DNA from: an uncultured Verrucomicrobiae bacterium
Lineage (GTDB): Bacteria > Verrucomicrobiota > Verrucomicrobiia > Limisphaerales > Palsa-1400
Direction: 5' to 3'
DNA length: 64,000 nt
NCBI GenBank assembly: GCA_963764165.1
Contig: CAVXRD010000002.1
Coordinates: 384,001-448,000, forward strand
Below are positions 62,043 through 64,000 of this stretch, in pieces. The first letter of the stretch is position 1. Each line of letters begins with the position of its first letter. The notes below the pieces were generated by a model. That model was not told where the DNA came from and made no database searches. It worked only from the letters and a program-made list of their open reading frames with translations. Both the position numbers and the translations under genes were made by a program.

Positions 62043-63999
62043 GGTAGAATCGGAACGGATAATTAGTCGAGCCGCTGTCCATCAAGAAAATCGATGCCCC
62101 AGAAGCGGCGTTGGTGGTGAGCGGCAGCCAGTTGATTAAATTCGTGGTCGCTTCCAGCACGTAATTGGACCCTGTTGACGTGCCTGAGAGCTGCATCTGG
62201 AAAGTTCCGTTCGGCTGCAAGCCCGCCGCGCTCATGGTCAGCGGCTGGAACACGAACAGCGCGCTGGCGGCCACGCTGTTGTTGAAACTGGCCTCAAACT
62301 CATTGGCCGAAACCGTCAGCGTATGGGTCAATCGCAGCGGCCCGGTGTAGACCGCCGAATTGGTCGTCGGCAGCGAGCCGTCCAGCGTGTAATAAACGGT
62401 CGCATTGGTGTCGGATGCCATCACCGTCACCAGAATCGATTGATTGAACGTTCCGCCAGCCGGGGTAATCGTGGGCGGCGGAAGAGCGGGTGTGCCAGGC
62501 AGGCTGTTGATCCACGCCGCCATCACCGCGACCGCGTTGGTATCAATCAAATTGCGCGCCAGCGGCGGCATCTTAACAGCGGCGCTGAGAGTATTCATTC
62601 GCTGGTAAATCATCGAGCGCCAAACGTCATCCGCCTTGACGATGCACGCGTTGTCGTAGCCCAGCGAAAATTGCGCCGGGTAATTGACGATGGCCTGATT
62701 CACGAGTGGCGTGTCGTAACGCGCGTCAAACGTGATGCCCGTCCCTCCCGGTTGGTGGCATTGCGCGCAATTGGCGTCGAGATACGATCTGGCCCGCTGT
62801 TCCAGCGACGCATTTGAGTTGGTCAGCGACGCGAGCTGCTCAAAGTTCGAAATGCTCGCTTCATCAAAAGCCGGATTGAAAAGCCCGAGCCGATTTAACG
62901 TGCGGAGTTGATTGTCGGTCACGCCCGTGGACGGATACGTCAATGGACCGTTGAGCTGCCGGGTGTTCACGCCGAGGACGTAATTCGCCACCGGCGTATG
63001 GCACGTCAAACAATCTGCCGGGCTGGGGTAATACCATGTCTGGCTCGCGACTCCGCTCGCGTTTGTCACCAAAATGGTCTCGTTAAGGCTCGAGGTGAGG
63101 AGATCGGCGTCGCTGTTATCGGGGCGCCATTTGTAGGTGACACCGTAAACGCCGCCATTTTCATCGCGCACCAAAAGGCGGGTTTCCAGCCGCCGCAGTG
63201 GAGCCGCCGGATTTGTCGTGTTGACAGCCAGGTCGAAATTTTTCACGAACACCGTGCCAGCGGGAAATTGCCACGAATTCGTTGGAGTGAAGCCAATTTG
63301 CGCGGCGGGCGTGATCGCCCCGCCTGTTCCCGGCAGCGCCATGTAACGGCTCTTGATCGCACCGTCCGACCACAGCGGCGTGTTTGGCGCGTATGGAATA
63401 AGTCCAGCGGATGGGACTCGATTCGCCGTGTCGGAGAAAACGCCCGTTCCCGAAAGCACCGATGGCAATCCGCCCGGCAAAATCGCGGGCACGACGGGAG
63501 GCAGATTGGAATGGATGAATGGCCCAATGACCGGATTCGACGTCAGTCCGTAAGGCTGGCCGCTGGCCGCATTAACATTGATGAATACCGGCGGCGACGT
63601 CGTCATCAAGCCGCTTCCGTCGCTCGCCACCGCCGTCAGCATGTAACCCGGCGGAGACACAGCTTGAACGACGTAATAATATGTCGTGCCATTGACCACA
63701 GCCGAATCGGTGTAAGTCGTGCCCGGCCCGCCACCAATCAAAGTGTAAGGCCCGCCACTTTTCGGCGCCCGCGACACGAGGTAATTGGTCGCCCCGATGC
63801 TTGCGTTCCAGGACAATGTCACCGACGCGTTGCCAGCCGTGGCAATAAGCCCGTAGGGTGCAACGACTGGTCCAGGCGCGCTATATTGGGGCGGCGCGAC
63901 CGTGATTGAACCGGATCCGCCCGGCAGAAAATTATTCGGAAACATCGCGCTTAGCTGCCCGTAGCCATACGTGCCCGGCGCGAGGGAATCTCCTTGAAT
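62026..63999 (-). CDS. large secreted protein (5' partial): FN3, diheme cytochrome c (SO2930-like), chitobiase-C/FN3-associated and C-terminal domains
   Basis: Frame open to the window edge; PLWSDGA, ETRLL, CLTCH, CAQCH, MPPL, YYTLDGSLPT, RFYRA. Confidence 0.88.
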   Translation of the reverse strand: MQGDSLAPGTYGYGQLSAMFPNNFLPGGSGSITVAPPQYSAPGPVVAPYGLIATAGNASVTLSWNASIGATNYLVSRAPKSGGPYTLIGGGPGTTYTDSAVVNGTTYYYVVQAVSPPGYMLTAVASDGSGLMTTSPPVFINVNAASGQPYGLTSNPVIGPFIHSNLPPVVPAILPGGLPSVLSGTGVFSDTANRVPSAGLIPYAPNTPLWSDGAIKSRYMALPGTGGAITPAAQIGFTPTNSWQFPAGTVFVKNFDLAVNTTNPAAPLRRLETRLLVRDENGGVYGVTYKWRPDNSDADLLTSSLNETILVTNASGVASQTWYYPSPADCLTCHTPVANYVLGVNTRQLNGPLTYPSTGVTDNQLRTLNRLGLFNPAFDEASISNFEQLASLTNSNASLEQRARSYLDANCAQCHQPGGTGITFDARYDTPLVNQAIVNYPAQFSLGYDNACIVKADDVWRSMIYQRMNTLSAAVKMPPLARNLIDTNAVAVMAAWINSLPGTPALPPPTITPAGGTFNQSILVTVMASDTNATVYYTLDGSLPTTNSAVYTGPLRLTHTLTVSANEFEASFNNSVAASALFVFQPLTMSAAGLQPNGTFQMQLSGTSTGSNYVLEATTNLINWLPLTTNAASGASIFLMDSGSTNYPFRFYRAIQQ

Positions 64000-64000
64000 G

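Noticed and set aside
1..64000. tRNA, rRNA, riboswitch or prophage genes
   Set aside because: None recognised by eye. tRNAscan-SE and Rfam scans were not possible, so small RNAs could have been missed.

Overview
GC-rich bacterial DNA. The gene content (prepilin H-X9-DG protein, giant Ig/LamG/FN3 surface proteins, PA14 sensor kinase, BatA/vWA genes) suggests a Pedosphaera-like Verrucomicrobiota chromosome; this is inference. Housekeeping genes: pilT/U-family ATPase, tlyA, nadK, rnr, accD, comF, rlmD-like methyltransferase, dxs, xseB and a ligase-less ligD. Accessory content: a translationally coupled vWA / ABC-permease-NHL / vWA operon, a WecA-GT4-DUF2723/TPR cluster, a DUF2760-Hsp70-Hsp70 operon, and a ~14 kb locus of secreted proteins with a two-component system. 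Mobile DNA: complete IS630 and IS1182 elements, an IS200-like HUH TnpA flanked by REP-like repeats, two MITEs with target-site duplications, and several REP families. Most notable: (i) an IS1182 and a 140-bp MITE inserted at the same position of the same REP hairpin; (ii) a four-copy intergenic element with helically phased GGYAACA boxes; (iii) a circularly permuted PA14 domain inside a histidine kinase; (iv) a permease-NHL fusion retaining an internal lipoprotein signal; (v) a cysteine dioxygenase with the eukaryote-type Cys. No tRNA, rRNA or CRISPR array was recognised. All family calls come from motif recognition by eye; no database searches were run.
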